The position numbers and the translations under genes were made by a program. This document shows, in pieces, positions 24,440 to 37,012 of a stretch of 64,000 nt of DNA. Under the pieces are notes generated by a model, which was not told where the DNA came from, did not search any database, and was given only the letters and a program-made list of their open reading frames with translations. The stretch is taken from positions 13,092,761 to 13,156,760 of the forward strand of contig JAHRHZ010000003.1 of NCBI GenBank assembly GCA_024137785.1, in the 5' to 3' direction. The stretch's first letter is position 1. Every line of letters begins with the position of its first letter. Origin of the DNA: Ginglymostoma cirratum (lineage: Eukaryota).

Positions 24440-25200
24440 AAAGAAACTCACTGAAACTCATTCCAGGTTATGTCACTAATTTTTGAGCACTGGGCGAAGG
24501 CTCAAGAGGAGACAGGATAACATCGGGATCTGTATGTGAAGTGAGGTGTGGGTTGAATTGTGAGCAGTTGTGGATGCCAGAAGTCACCAACCCTACAAAA
24601 ACTGTGGTTTCTGGGAAGCTGAATGGCTGGTGGATGTGAGTGATACAGCGAGAAGCCTTTGGTAGGGGACGTGGTGTGGCTCTGTCTGCTGTAAAAACAT
24701 CGGAAGTCTCACACCACTAAGACCAGTAATAACACCAGTTATTTCCTCTTGCTCGTTGCTCTAAGCTGTTACCTTTAGCCAGTAATTCTGAGACTTTGCA
24801 GTGAGTGTAACAATTGCCTGTGCCTCCAGTGAACAAGTGATAAGAACCTGAGAAAGATTAAAGAACAGGAAGTATTGGCAAACAAAAGGATCATCTCAGC
24901 AAGCACTGTGGACTGGTGCTATTGAATTTTTTTTCTCTCTCCAGAGCCCAGTTCAGATTCCAGTGTTTTTTTTCTTGTTTGACTGTGCGTGTGTGCTTAC
25001 GTGTGAGGAGATTACAGGTTTAACTGTGTTGACCGTCATAGTTTACTTGTGGTTATAAATTATTAACTGGTAATAACGTACAGGAACCTCACCCATGTTT
25101 TCTGTTAACTTGGATCTATCCATCATGTAAATTGGAGGCTAAGTCTTTTTTCAAACTCTATAATGACTCCAGGAAGAGCAGTGCTTGATTTCCGAGTACT
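24440..25200 (+). mobile_element. Possible decayed LTR
   Basis: Composition and 3' part (atgactccaggaagagcagtgcttgatttcc) resemble shark LTR ends as recalled; termini not definable. Confidence 0.25.
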
Positions 25201-26519
25201 ACCTTCATGCATATTCTGTATCAGCTTGACAATGAAATCAGTTGGTATTCCCCAGTTTCCTTCCCAAAAACAAATGAAATCGTCTTTGGAATTAAGCAAT
25301 GACCCTTGCCTCCAAAACATGCACTTAACTTTACAATGGTGTTACTCTAGTAAGTGAAGTAGATTTCCCGGAAAGCTCTAAAATGTTGATATACTGTGTC
25401 AGAATAAATTCAGAAATAGTATATAATTGCGTGAGTTATCAATTTGCACATCATTCGGAGGCTAGTTGTAAAGTAGCAATTTAGAGGTGTTCTGGTTGGT
25501 TACTGCCGTATGTCAGTAAACCTGCTCGTTGTGAAATAATAACAAAATTAGATGTTACTTAGGCAATTTATTTGGCCAAAAGTAGTAAATATGTTTCCCT
25601 CTTTATTGAAGTGATGAAGTGTTGGTATTTAAATAATTTGAAAAATCATTTTGCATCATAACTTTGTACAATGTTACTATGTCTTTCGAGCTTGAACATC
25701 AACATCTCAATTACTTTGCAGCACCGCTAAGGGAATGATTACACTTTGAAAGTATCACGTTGCAAGTAGAAAACTTAAGTCAAACATAACATGACAACAT
25801 ATTTTACAAAAATTTGTAATGTAACTACAAATGGCCCAACCTCCTGCATTGCATAGAAGCTGTTTTTGTTTCAAATGGTTGCTGTACAGTCTGTTACAGT
25901 GGAAAAAAAAATTCAGAGTATCTGCTGCACCATCAAACCTTGTTAGAATGAACTGTGGTTTTGTGTGTGGTCTGGTAACGAAGCAGGGCAGTGTTGCACC
26001 GTTGCATCGTTGCACCATTTTCGGTGGAGGTGCTGCTGACAATATCATGCACTGTACTGTTAGTAAAAAGTTGGCATACTCAAAGGCCAACAGAAAAATG
26101 GACTTGCATGGTTTTTAGGTTATTTCTTTGTGATTTGGAGAATGAACGACTCAAATTCATAGCACTTTTTAACTGATGTAGTTGAAAATTTGCAGCTAAG
26201 CTGTAAGAAATCATGGAGGCAATAATGAACAGTTGAATTTCAAAGAAGATCCGTGTTTCTAAACTGGACCAGCAGTTAGTTGAGTCTAAGAAATGGCGCA
26301 GTTATGGCTAACTGTTGTGACAAAACAGCACAATGTCAAAGCATTGAGGTTTCTCGTTGTTAATCGACCAGAATGGTTGCTTGCACATAGTCAGACTCTG
26401 TTGCATTGTGTATTTCTTTCTTGCGAGGCCAATCAATTTGTGGTCTACAGCTGTACTGAACATAAAATTTCTCCAGTGTCATTATGGAATTCTCTGAGGT
26501 CAGTGATAGTTTGTATCAG

Positions 26520-26935
26520 CAGAGTAAAGCTCTGTTCTTTTCTGTTCTAGAGATAAGGCTTCCATGAAGAGAATGAACCTATGTTTTCTGGAGTCTCAAA
26601 GAATGGGAGTGAACTCGTTGAAATGCATCAAATTCTTAGAGAGCTTGACATGGTAGATACTGAGAGGCTGTATTCCTATCCTGAGGCGGCAAGACCACTG
26701 GCACGATCTCAGGATTAAGTTTCAGTTGTTAGGACTGAGAAATACTGCCTTGTAAATCTTAGGAATTGTCTATCACAGATGACTATGACATGTCCAAAAC
26801 AGAGGCCCATATATTTTTGGGCACTATAGGAATCAGGAGTTGTGGAGATCGAGTGGCAACTTCGAAATGTGGTCGAAGACCTTGGTGTGTGATGGAACTG
26901 GCTCAGGAGAATATACAGCCTATTGCTACTATTCA
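26520..26935 (+). mobile_element. Old CR1 3' fragment
   Basis: aaattcttagagagcttgacatggtagatactgagaggctg...cagcctattgctactatt. Confidence 0.65.
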
Positions 26936-29900
26936 TTTTGGTGTTTAGAGAGCTTCAGAGCAGTGACTGATCATGGCTGTTGGATTCCATTTCCGGCTTG
27001 GATTAGGGACCCGAGTGTAATTACCGAACCTCCGGTGGACGCTAATGGCTTTTAAATAGTTCATTGCTTCATTGGCAGTACTTGTGCACCAAGATCCACT
27101 AACCATAGATTCTGCACGCTCCTCTGTGAATTGAGTTAGATTGACAAGGATAGCACTAACTGAGCAGTTCCACCAGTTTGGAGAAACATCACCTTGTAGT
27201 TGTTGGGAATATTTAGCAGCTCTCACAGGCCATTTACTGTGCACTGAATATTTGAATGAGGTTGCCACATCTGTAATTGAGACCTTTGTGTTTGAAGAAA
27301 GACTAATCTCCATTTACCCACCTTTACCCCAGATTCCAAAGCTTTAAAATTAAAATTGTATTCTTGTAGTTTTAAAAGTGCATTTGGCTTTTGAGATTTT
27401 TTTTTTTTAGTCCTTGTTGAGTATACTTCAATCATCTATGTACCTGAACCCCCCCAATGTCTTTAGATCTCCGCTGTTTCCTCTGAGTTGGTCTCGACAT
27501 TCTTCCCCTAGGTTGAAATTGAGCTTAACGTGTGAATGAGGTTAGAAGAGCTGTGGTTGTTGTCTCAGATTTTGAAGAGTGACAGTACAAAGGCATGCAG
27601 GTGCAAACAGAAAAAAGCCGTGTTTTTGGTCTTGATTGCTCGCAGCATTACCAGAGGGACCAATTATTTGTTCTTGGAGAGACCATGACAGTCGAGAGGG
27701 CTAGCAATCTTAGCAATGTTTTGGAAAAATACTGGTTTTACTGATCCCCTTTCTCTTGCGCTGCACTGTTGTCGGAGTTGCTGGGTGGCCTTTCTCTAGC
27801 GGCTGCATGTTTTACTCTGTAATCTGTATACAGGCAAGTGAAAGAGAGCTGCCCAAGTATTGTTTTCCCTGTGGGGAGCACCTTGCTTCAGCTTAGTGCC
27901 TCCACAGGCTATTCACATACCTTTTGATGTCTGTTTGTTGCAGTATCAATTTTCATGGTCATCCCTGTGGTTAAGGAAGGAGTCAGGCTTCCTCCATTGT
28001 CACTGGCATTAATTCTGATTTTAACATGTTATCCCCTTGTCTTTTGTGGCAGCCTCTTGCTTTGCAGCACCACTCCTACATGATGTTCCCTTTGATTGTC
28101 TGATCCATGTGTTTGTTGGAAGATCATAGAAATGTTAGAATGCTCAGCACAGAGCTTCAATTGAACTTGTTTTACTGCAGATGGTTGCAAGCATTTCATT
28201 ATAATCATTGTATTGCTGTTTGTGATTTAAAAAAGACTTCATATGTGTCTGAAAGCAGTAATTACTTTAAATAGCAGTGAAAGGTTTAATCTGAAAGTTG
28301 AGACCACCTGCTGTGCTGTCTTGTTGGTTTGCTTGGCATGGTTGGAAAAGAGGGAAAACTATTCGTCTATTTCAAGACTTGAGGATTTAGGTTTTTACAG
28401 CTACAATCTGATACGTGATTGCTAATAATTGCACGTGTGCTCAGTGTTCTAGAAAATCTCTGGAGTGCCATTGGATTCATCCAACACTCGATCAAACCTG
28501 AGCAGGTTTTGAAATGTGTTAATGGGTGCACAGGATGTCAGTGCTGCCCGAAAGAGGGGGCAGAATTAAATCAATGACTGATCATGGTTTTCATGAGACC
28601 AGAAGCGATGAATTCTGTCAAAACTGATGCCCTTCATTCATTTGGTTCCTGCCATTGAAATTGGGAACTTGGGCGTACGTGCTGATTTTGTGTTTTGATG
28701 AAATGCCACCCTGAATTTCTGTCATAATAGATTTCAATCCATTGCTGTCAAATTACCTTTTTGTCCAAGCTTTCCAAATTCTGGATGGTGCTAAAACAAG
28801 CTCGCTCTGGATCATAATAAGTAGTCATCCATGTCCTAAGTTATGTTGGGTTTTGAAATGAGCTACCCAGATCCAAGATTCTGCATTTTAGAATGAACCT
28901 GCCTACAGTATTCGGGGACATGGAATACAAAATGGAGCTGAAAATTTCATGTTTGGAAGTTGGTAAAAAATTGTGACATTGCTTATTAACCTATTAATCT
29001 GTAAGGTTGATGAATATCCACATGGACTGCAATTTGAAATTTTCATAAAGGGGTCAGGATGAAATCTGTAAATGCAAAATGCAACCATTAACAGCATCCT
29101 TTTGCATTGCCTGGGAAAGTTCCCAAATGGCAGACAATAGGGAATCTTTTTAGTTACTACCAAGTGGCAAAGCCACAATCTGTTTATACTGCCAAAATAC
29201 ATGAAAGCATGGCTTCCCAAACTGCTGGGGCTGTGAGTTGAAATGTTGATGTTGTAAGCTCCCAGGTAACAGTGTCTGTTGTAGTGCTGTAACCCAGTGC
29301 TAAAAGCTGTGTGATCCTTAGAAATTGTGAAATTTTCCATCAAGTTTGCTGTGGCTCAACGAGCTGAATGGAAGGTCTTTGTGAAGAAGGTGGTGCTCTT
29401 ATAACTTAAAAAGCCTGTGAATGAAAGCACAAACCTCTCCTGTAAGAAGAGGCAAGTCTGGACTCGAGCACTGGGCTAAAACGGCAAAGATGCCCCGACT
29501 GGCCCTATTGATTTGTACGTCACGTTTTCCATCAATTCTCCTGACCAGTGTCAGTCAACCAAACCAAAATTCTCCACGCTCTCCACCACACCCCCGCACC
29601 CTCCAGTATTTGGGGGACCTTTATGTATTCATCCGTTTGGCGGTAGTAATTGTTTAATGCTTTTGGTCCACATGATAAAATGCTACATAATCGCAGTCTA
29701 TTCTTGTCTGTCATAAATAGTGAAATTGGTGCGGTGCAATAGTTTTTACATGCTTTGGATTCTGGTGGCAGAAGGTGGAAGTAGATGGAACAGGGAGTTT
29801 CGTCATGTTGCGTTGGCATCCTCCATGAGTTACTTTACAATTATTAATTCCTGACAGTGAGTGTCTGCAAGTAATCAGTAATTGTAGTCTGCAAATAACA

Positions 29901-29959
29901 ATATTAACAGTAACAAACTTGCACAGCTTTCAGAGGAAACAAATATTTGTTGTTGAATT

Positions 29960-30330
29960 GCACATTTCTGCTTCGATTCTTTTGTCTCCCCTGTGCTTAA
30001 TGAGTTACGTTAATTGCCTGTAAAATAGCATCTTGATTTTTAAAATTCGCATTCTAGTTTTCAAAAGTCCACATCCTCTCATCCATCCCTGTTTCTGTAA
30101 TCTCTGTCAACTCCCAGTAAATCGATACTCACTTCATTCTGTCCTCTTGGGCATCCCCAGTTATTATTGCTTGACCACATATGACCATTCCTTCAATTGC
30201 TTAGGTCTTAAGTTCTAGAATTCTGTTTTTACACGTTTGTCCGCTGTACCTCCCTTTTCTCCTCTTAAGACACTCCTTAAAGCCTACCTCTTCAACTTAG
30301 GGATATGTCACATGACCTGACATCTCCTTT
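29960..30330 (+). mobile_element. L2 LINE 3' fragment
   Basis: FKIRILVFKS...CNL...FNCLGLKF and aagacactccttaaagcctacctcttc (KTLLKAYLF) match the L2 ORF2 C-terminus. Confidence 0.75.
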
Positions 30331-32059
30331 TTTGAAGCCCAAATCACAGTACCACCACTAAATTTAAAATCCTTCAGTGAAATTCCTTGTTGTTTTTGCT
30401 CAGTACTCTGCTGTATAATTAAATATTGTTTAAGGAAGTTCAGAGTTGCATTGTTGACTTAATTTTTCAGTTTACTTTGGTCACATGAGAGGCTGAATTA
30501 CAATCCAAGTTGTGGTTGCAAGGTTGTTGAAACTTGAGTTTATAATTATTGATAATAGTTCAGCTTCCCCCGCGTACTAGTTCAAAAACAACTACTTTAG
30601 GTGTGCAATCACTGACCTGGTCATTCACATTAGGAGCCACAGTATTTGCCATTAGATGAAGAGGAAAAGTTCATAATTGATAGAAATCACCTTGAATATT
30701 TATTTCCTGAGTCGTAAGTGATTTCTGTGGCCAGGGTTTCAAATCTTTTGATTCTTTTCTATTGTCTGTCACACTTGTCCTTGAGCAGTGACATCATTGG
30801 GGTCATGTCTGCCTCGTTGTTTGAATAATGCAATTTGCCCATGGTCATGTTTTTTAGTCTGTTGGAAGTGAGTGATGGATTATACTATGCGGTATAATTT
30901 CAGAGTGTGTTGTCAAAAAGGTTACTTTGTGGTCCACAGTTTCTTTGCCTTGGTTGACATAAAGCTGGAGTTTGCAGTTTGAGCTCTCTCTTGAAGACTG
31001 AGTTGAATGAGGTTAACTTATTTGGTCAACTTTTGGGACTGGCAGTTGTTTGTGATTAGGTCATCGGATTTTGAAAGAAGAGGATCGGTGGAATGACACT
31101 TGATTCCTGGAGTGTGTTTGTGCAAAGTGCAGCGAACCACACTCGGTGTTCGTGAAGACAGGATCTGCAGGGGTCACCAGTGAACAACCAGGGCAAGGAA
31201 AGCTGGTGATTCATTTGTTTTGCCACAGCCCCTGAAGGTGGTAATGCCTACTGAGAGCAGCAAAGGCTGGGGAATTGAATGTGGGATCTTAACATGCTGC
31301 TTTTTAAGCTGTCAGAGAGGATGCATATGTTTTGAATGCGACTCATTTGGGCAAAGGAAAAGAGATCTTTGCAGTTTTCGTTATGTGTGTCAGATGACAA
31401 ATATATGATAATCTTGACATGAGCACTGATCACCTAACTGCAGACTTTTGCTCTTAAAAGGAGGGAGCGAGGCTTCTGCTGAGCTGAGTCTGGGCTGGCA
31501 GACTACAGAGCTGGAGATGGTGTTCATCTTGAAATATTCTCGTGGCCTGCATAGAGGTTGGGTTCTTAAACAGGTACCTTGCTGGGTGGCGCCATTGTGT
31601 CTGAGCGAGTTCTAAGAGTGTTCACTGTATCTTGGGAGGGGTGACATGGGATGTTGGCAGGTAACAGCTCCACCACATCGTTTGAGGATTGGTTGTTGTG
31701 GGCACCCTGGTGAAGATCTCGGATAGCGATGCAATATGCGGAGAGGTTGGAGGCAAGGAATAGTCTTAATCTGAGAAGGGAGTTTGATCCAAAATGGTTC
31801 CTCACTGGTCAGGTAAAGTACTGTAAATAACATTAATATGAATCTCATACTACACCATGAAATTTACAGGCTTGGTAACTGAGCGATATTGAAGCAGAGC
31901 AACATTGAAGCAAATAAAGATTGCTTCTAAAGAGAACCCCCTGTTATACTCCTGCCATTATTCTTGTCATCACCTGCCTACTCCTATCTCCTCTCGACGA
32001 GCGTTGAAGTTAAACACGTCACCAATTTTAGTTGAAGATTGTTGCAGAAATATCAGCAG

Positions 32060-32310
32060 CCTGAGAGTCTAGATTAGGTTAATGGATAAATGAAACCAGT
32101 GCAAAATGACTTCTTATGAGAGTTAAGTTGATCTGGAACACACTTTGTGAAAGGCTGGTGGAAACAGCCAGAATTTACTTTGAAGTAAGAAATAAATAGT
32201 GAAGAGGGAAAGATGTACAGAATTATTGGGAAAGGAGAAAAGAGTAGGATGAATTGGAACTGTGTGTTTGCAGAGCTGGGCGACTTTGATTTGGTTTCCT
32301 TCTCTGCAGC
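32060..32310 (+). mobile_element. Old CR1 3' fragment
   Basis: ttcttatgagagttaagttgatctggaacaca...ggctggtggaaacag...tacagaattattgggaaagg. Confidence 0.5.
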
Positions 32311-32894
32311 ATTGTATGCACAAACACTGCAAATTGTGAAAACACTCAATGTGATGGTTTTGAAAATAAAAACAGTTGGACAATTAAATCAACATTTATT
32401 GCAGGTTTCTTTCTTTTTGGATCTTGACAAATGTTTCAAATTGTATTTGGAGGGGATTCCTTAAAATGTTTTTTTAATGTTGTGCATTTCACTATGCATC
32501 CAGCATAAAATAATTTGGCTGCTCATTTGGACCCATTTCATCCTATTGTCCCATTACAGTAGTGGCTCATGGAAGCTTGAAGCCGCCTTGAAGGCATTTG
32601 GAAGATTTTTGTTTAAGCGCACATAAAATTGCAGCCAGTAATTTAACTTGTGCCTATCCTGTGTTTTGCATGTACTGACCCTGTGTCATAATGATGAATA
32701 TTATGAAGCAGCTGAAATTTTGATTATAGTTTACTTAAGCTGCAATCTCAGTGTATGGGTGTTAAGTTCTTTTTGATAGGTCCACTTTGTCTCCTGTAAT
32801 TTGACCATTTATACATCTTTGAAGGATAATTTTAAGGTCCCAGATGACTACTGGTATTTCAGATGTCTGTATTCCTGAAAATTCACTGGTCAGA

Positions 32895-33360
32895 TTAGCA
32901 TCAATGCTGATCTCTGTCCAGGGGGTGTGCAGTTAGCTTCGGATAACTGGGTCAGAAGAAAATACTAGTATCCCTGATCTTGATGGCTGAAGAAAACTGC
33001 ACAAAACCTGTTGAATGAAGGCAAGTTTGGGTGAGCCTGCACGGTCTCCTGTGGTAAAATAACCACAGACTCACTGTTACAGGTTTGCACATGAGCTTTT
33101 TAAGACAGTTTCTAGTTGGGCACATGTTTGTTCAGAAATCATTGTCTTGAGGATGAGGGAGGAGACCGAGTTTGTGCCGTTCTGGCTTGGTCTTGAAAAT
33201 TAAGTCGTGAATTCGGTATGTTAGGTTTGTGTCTTGGAGGGGAACTTGCAGCTGGTGGTGTTCCAATGTATCTGCTGCCCCTGTCCTTCTAAATGTAAGT
33301 GTTTGTAGGTTTGGAAAGTACTGCCTGTGGATATTCAGTGAATTTGTACAATGCATCTGT
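32895..33360. mobile_element. Decayed SINE body (32895-33125, +) plus antisense fragment of the tRNA-headed LINE 3' region (33225-33360, -)
   Basis: ggggaacttgcagctggtggtgttccaatgtatctgctgcccctgtccttcta is the reverse complement of 22735-22820. The SINE body resembles 40140-40270. Confidence 0.5.
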
Positions 33361-34860
33361 GGGCAATTAGACCGTGATGCTTAATAAAATTGTTCTTAAT
33401 TTCGCCTTTCGTGCATTTCCTATATGCAATTTCCAGAAGGAATCAGTGGTTCGAGATCCAGAGTTGGGAGTCGCTGATAGAATGTTGGATGTTCTGTTTT
33501 GCGCAGCTCTGGTTACTTGCTGCCTTTAGTTGGAAGCACTGGACAAATCTTCCCAAGTTGTGCTTGCTTATTCATTTGTATGTCTGACTTCACTTTGGAT
33601 AGTTTATGTTGAAAAGATTGATGTTTATTTTTGTCTTTTCAGTTTAAACAGATTTCCTGACGCGAGAAAATCCCTTCTGTGAATCGGTATGTGCGCATGT
33701 TCAAATCCGCAGAGGTCAAGTTGAAATTCAGCACTTTGCCTGTAAATGGATCTTTCTGTAATGGAAGTACCTGTGGAAAGTTTTCGTTAGCTGTCTATAG
33801 TTTATTGAAAGGTGCTAACTATAAATTTGCAGAAGAAAATCTATATCATGATCACGTCATTGTTTACACATGCTCGAGTAAAGCATGCTGATGAAATTTA
33901 CATCAGAATGTGAACATGGCGTGTCTTTTCCATTTGTTAATATTTCTTTAAGAAGCAACTTGCGAAGTGTTTTAGAAGGTATCAGAATATTCTTATTCAT
34001 AGCTTAGATTCTCAGTGGTTTTGGAAAAGGATTGTTTTTATGAGTTAACTTGAGGATGATATTTGTTTATCTCTCAGGAGATTAGCGTGGCCACCTTTTA
34101 AGTAGCAGCATGGATGTTGGATGAAAGTGAGAGACCACCTCTGAGGAAGTAGGGATATCATCAGTGAAGAAAATTATTGATCTCACATGGTTAAGGTGCG
34201 AAATAATTCCTCTGCTTCAGTACAATCATTCAGGTCTCAGAAACTCAATTCAGCTGTTCTCACCTGTTGTTTCACAAGGCTTTTCCTTGTTAGAACTATC
34301 AGAAATGACCTAAAATTTGAAGACAGGGTTATAGGTGTCCACTATAAATAAAGGAACTCCTTTGAGCTCCGTCTCCTTTGGAGTATTGCTGGTGTGCCAT
34401 TCAGTTGTTGAGAGTCAGCCTTTTCCCAAAGCATCAATTACTTATAATTTAGTGTTCACCGTAGTCCAGTTAGTATTGCTGACTCACCCTGCAGGGCTTG
34501 TATCAAACCTTTGTACTGAGGGATGCTAATTTGAAGCTATGGCTCATGTGACTGTGACTCGGTGCCTTGTGTTGCTGGTTATATGGCATTTAAGTGCTTG
34601 GCACCTGGAGAAGAACTTTGGCTCTGATTTGTAATTCAACCTGCTTTTGATGAAGGGTGAGCTCTTTCCGAATGGTTTAATGAATTTATTTGAAGATTGG
34701 TATCTTTTGTAGTTTACCGGTATCACTACTTAGATCAAAAAAGTGCTGAAATGCCTTAAATAAAAGCTGTGGAACAGGAAATGATGTTGGTTCTTGCACT
34801 CTCCCAAAGCGGTTTTCCCAGCTTTGAGGAGATGGCTAAGAGCCAACAAGATGATTTGGC

Positions 34861-35061
34861 AGAGATAGTAGGAACTGCAGATGCTGGAGAATCTGAGATA
34901 ACAAGGTGTAGAGCTGGATGAACACAGCAGGCCAAGCAGCATCCGAGGAGCAGGAAGGCTGACGTTTCGGGCCTCGACCCTTCTTCAGAAATGCATTTGC
35001 ATGTCAGATATCTAGCATTTCTGAAGAAGGGTCTAGGCCCGAAACGTCAGCCTTCCTGCTC
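34861..35061. mobile_element. Young Penelope pLTR insertion (family A) with inverted 5' copy and 15-bp TSD
   Basis: 34948-34994 and 35015-35061 are reverse complements (46/47). Flanks are CAAGATGATTTGGCA (34847-34861) and CAAGCTGATTTGGCA (35064-35078). Confidence 0.88.
35021..35048 (+). ncRNA. Minimal type-I hammerhead ribozyme core (Penelope-type)
   Basis: CUGAAGA-A-[GGGU CUAG GCCC]-GAAA-C-GUC; palindromic ACGU in place of helix III; helix I only about 2 bp. Confidence 0.6.
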
Positions 35062-36625
35062 TTCAAGCTGATTTGGCAAGTCTTTTGAAGTGGATTGAAA
35101 CATAAAACCTTCATTTGGTGAAATGAAGCACCAGCTTCAATGTTTCTGAGCTGACCGAGATTGACTGACAGCTTGTTGCATGTGAGGGTCAGCAGTGCCA
35201 AGCACTGTAAAGCATCTTTTACCTTGGTGTGGCGATGAAACTAAGCACATTGCTGTAGTGTAACTCTGTGCTTGCATAAAGGGCCAGTGGGGAGAAGCCG
35301 CTGCCTATAGTCTTTCAACCAAAGTGCCTTGAGGGACTGATAACTCGGAGACCACCTTAGCCTGTGTGAATGTCATTGCGCATAGTATATGTCATAGATG
35401 TTGCAATTGGATTGAGTCGCCGAAGACTGCAGTGTGCTCGATGGTAAAAAAATTGTATTTGATTGCATTTTCCAGAATGTAGAATTTGACATGTTTTGGA
35501 ATGTATATCTAGTTATTTTATAAAGCAAGTGCAGTTTTTCAGATATGAGAGAATAAATTGAGCAACAGCAGTGCTCGCTGAAAATTGAGCACAGAAAATA
35601 AAGCAGGTGCACATGGCTATGTTTGTAGAATTGATTATGGTTCCAGTTTTGTTCTTTGTCAGATGAAGTTTGCTGGATATAAACATGAGTACAGTAGTTT
35701 AGCTTTAAGGATTTTACAGTTTTGGTTCATATTTCATTGACAGTACCCTTCGGCTAGATGTTTTACTCTAGGAAATCGGGAAAGTATAAATCCCGCATGA
35801 AATCCTAATGCTAACCATAATGAGCCTTAAATATGTTTGGTTGAAGTGTATTCTGCTTAGTAAGATAGTCATCGAATTATTAAAATAGCATGTAAAATAG
35901 AATTGTCACTCAAATTTTCAGTAAGTGTAGCAGGTGTATAACATGTTCCCGTAGTTAGGTTGGACAAGTTTGTTTGACTTGGATGTCAGTCACATGCAAA
36001 GGGCAGTTTTCTAATAGAATTTAAATCAGCATTTTGCCTTTGCAGATTGAGTCTGGTAAATCTATTTAGATGATTGCTAGGGCAAATAATTAACCGTATT
36101 ACTGTTACTGATAGAGTCAAGATTAATTAGTGGGGTGTGACTGCTGTGGATCTGTTAGGCAGTCCTGTTTTCAGGAGAGTAATGATGTGTATGTCTTCGA
36201 GTGCCGATCTGAGCAGTCTCATCTAGCAGATCGTGTGGCAGTCACAAGACTGTCAGAGAATTGGCTGTGTGTGCCCCCACTGGAATCTTGGCAGTGTTCT
36301 TCTCATTGCATAGATGGTATGACAGCGTAACGTGTCACGAGCTTCATTTATCACCCAAGTTTCTTACATTTATTGTGTAGACACATTGCATTGAAGCACA
36401 TTTTGCTGTAGGAAAGTAAGAAAGTGATGACAATTTGGCAGAGCTGAAAATGTTACTTGCACCGGATTAAGTCTTTTCTTGCATCCAAGAATGCCAACAG
36501 TAACATTTTGATTGGTTTCTGATTTGAGGTCTGAATCAAACATCTCAGTTAGACTCTGAGGTCCAAATATGTGCGTTTTCAATGTTCTAAAACACAGTAC
36601 TGAGTGAGAGTTGATCTTCAACGAG

Positions 36626-36760
36626 AACAAAAGTGCTGAGAAAAGTCAAATCAGTTAGGCAACATCTGTGGAGAGATTTTAGGACCTGAAATATTAGCTC
36701 TGATTGGCTTTGCAGATGCTACCTGACCAGGTGAGTTTATTGGTAGATTTATGTATATTA
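36626..36760. mobile_element. Old head-to-head Penelope pLTR pair (family B)
   Basis: ggcaacatctgtggagaga (antisense arm) followed by ggacctgaaatattagctctg...cagatgctacctgacc (sense arm). Confidence 0.55.
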
Positions 36761-36784
36761 CAGCATAATTACAAAACATGCTTG

Positions 36785-37012
36785 AGGTTGGTTAGCTCAT
36801 TTGGCTGGACAGTTGATTTGCCAAGACCGATGCCAACAGCATGCTTTCAATTCCTGCTCTGACTGAGGTTACCATGAAAGTCCCCACTTCGTCAACCTCA
36901 CCTGAGACTTGGTGACTGTTTGGTTAAGCTCATTCAGTTCTCGCTCTATCTGTCTCTCATGTGACATAGTAGCCCAATGGGCCTCTGGAGCTAGGATGAT
37001 TTACCTTTATTT
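36785..37012 (+). mobile_element. tRNA-derived SINE
   Basis: A-box-like ttagctcatttgg, B-box-like tttcaattcc, body ctgaggttaccatgaa, tail tttacctttattta. Confidence 0.65.
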
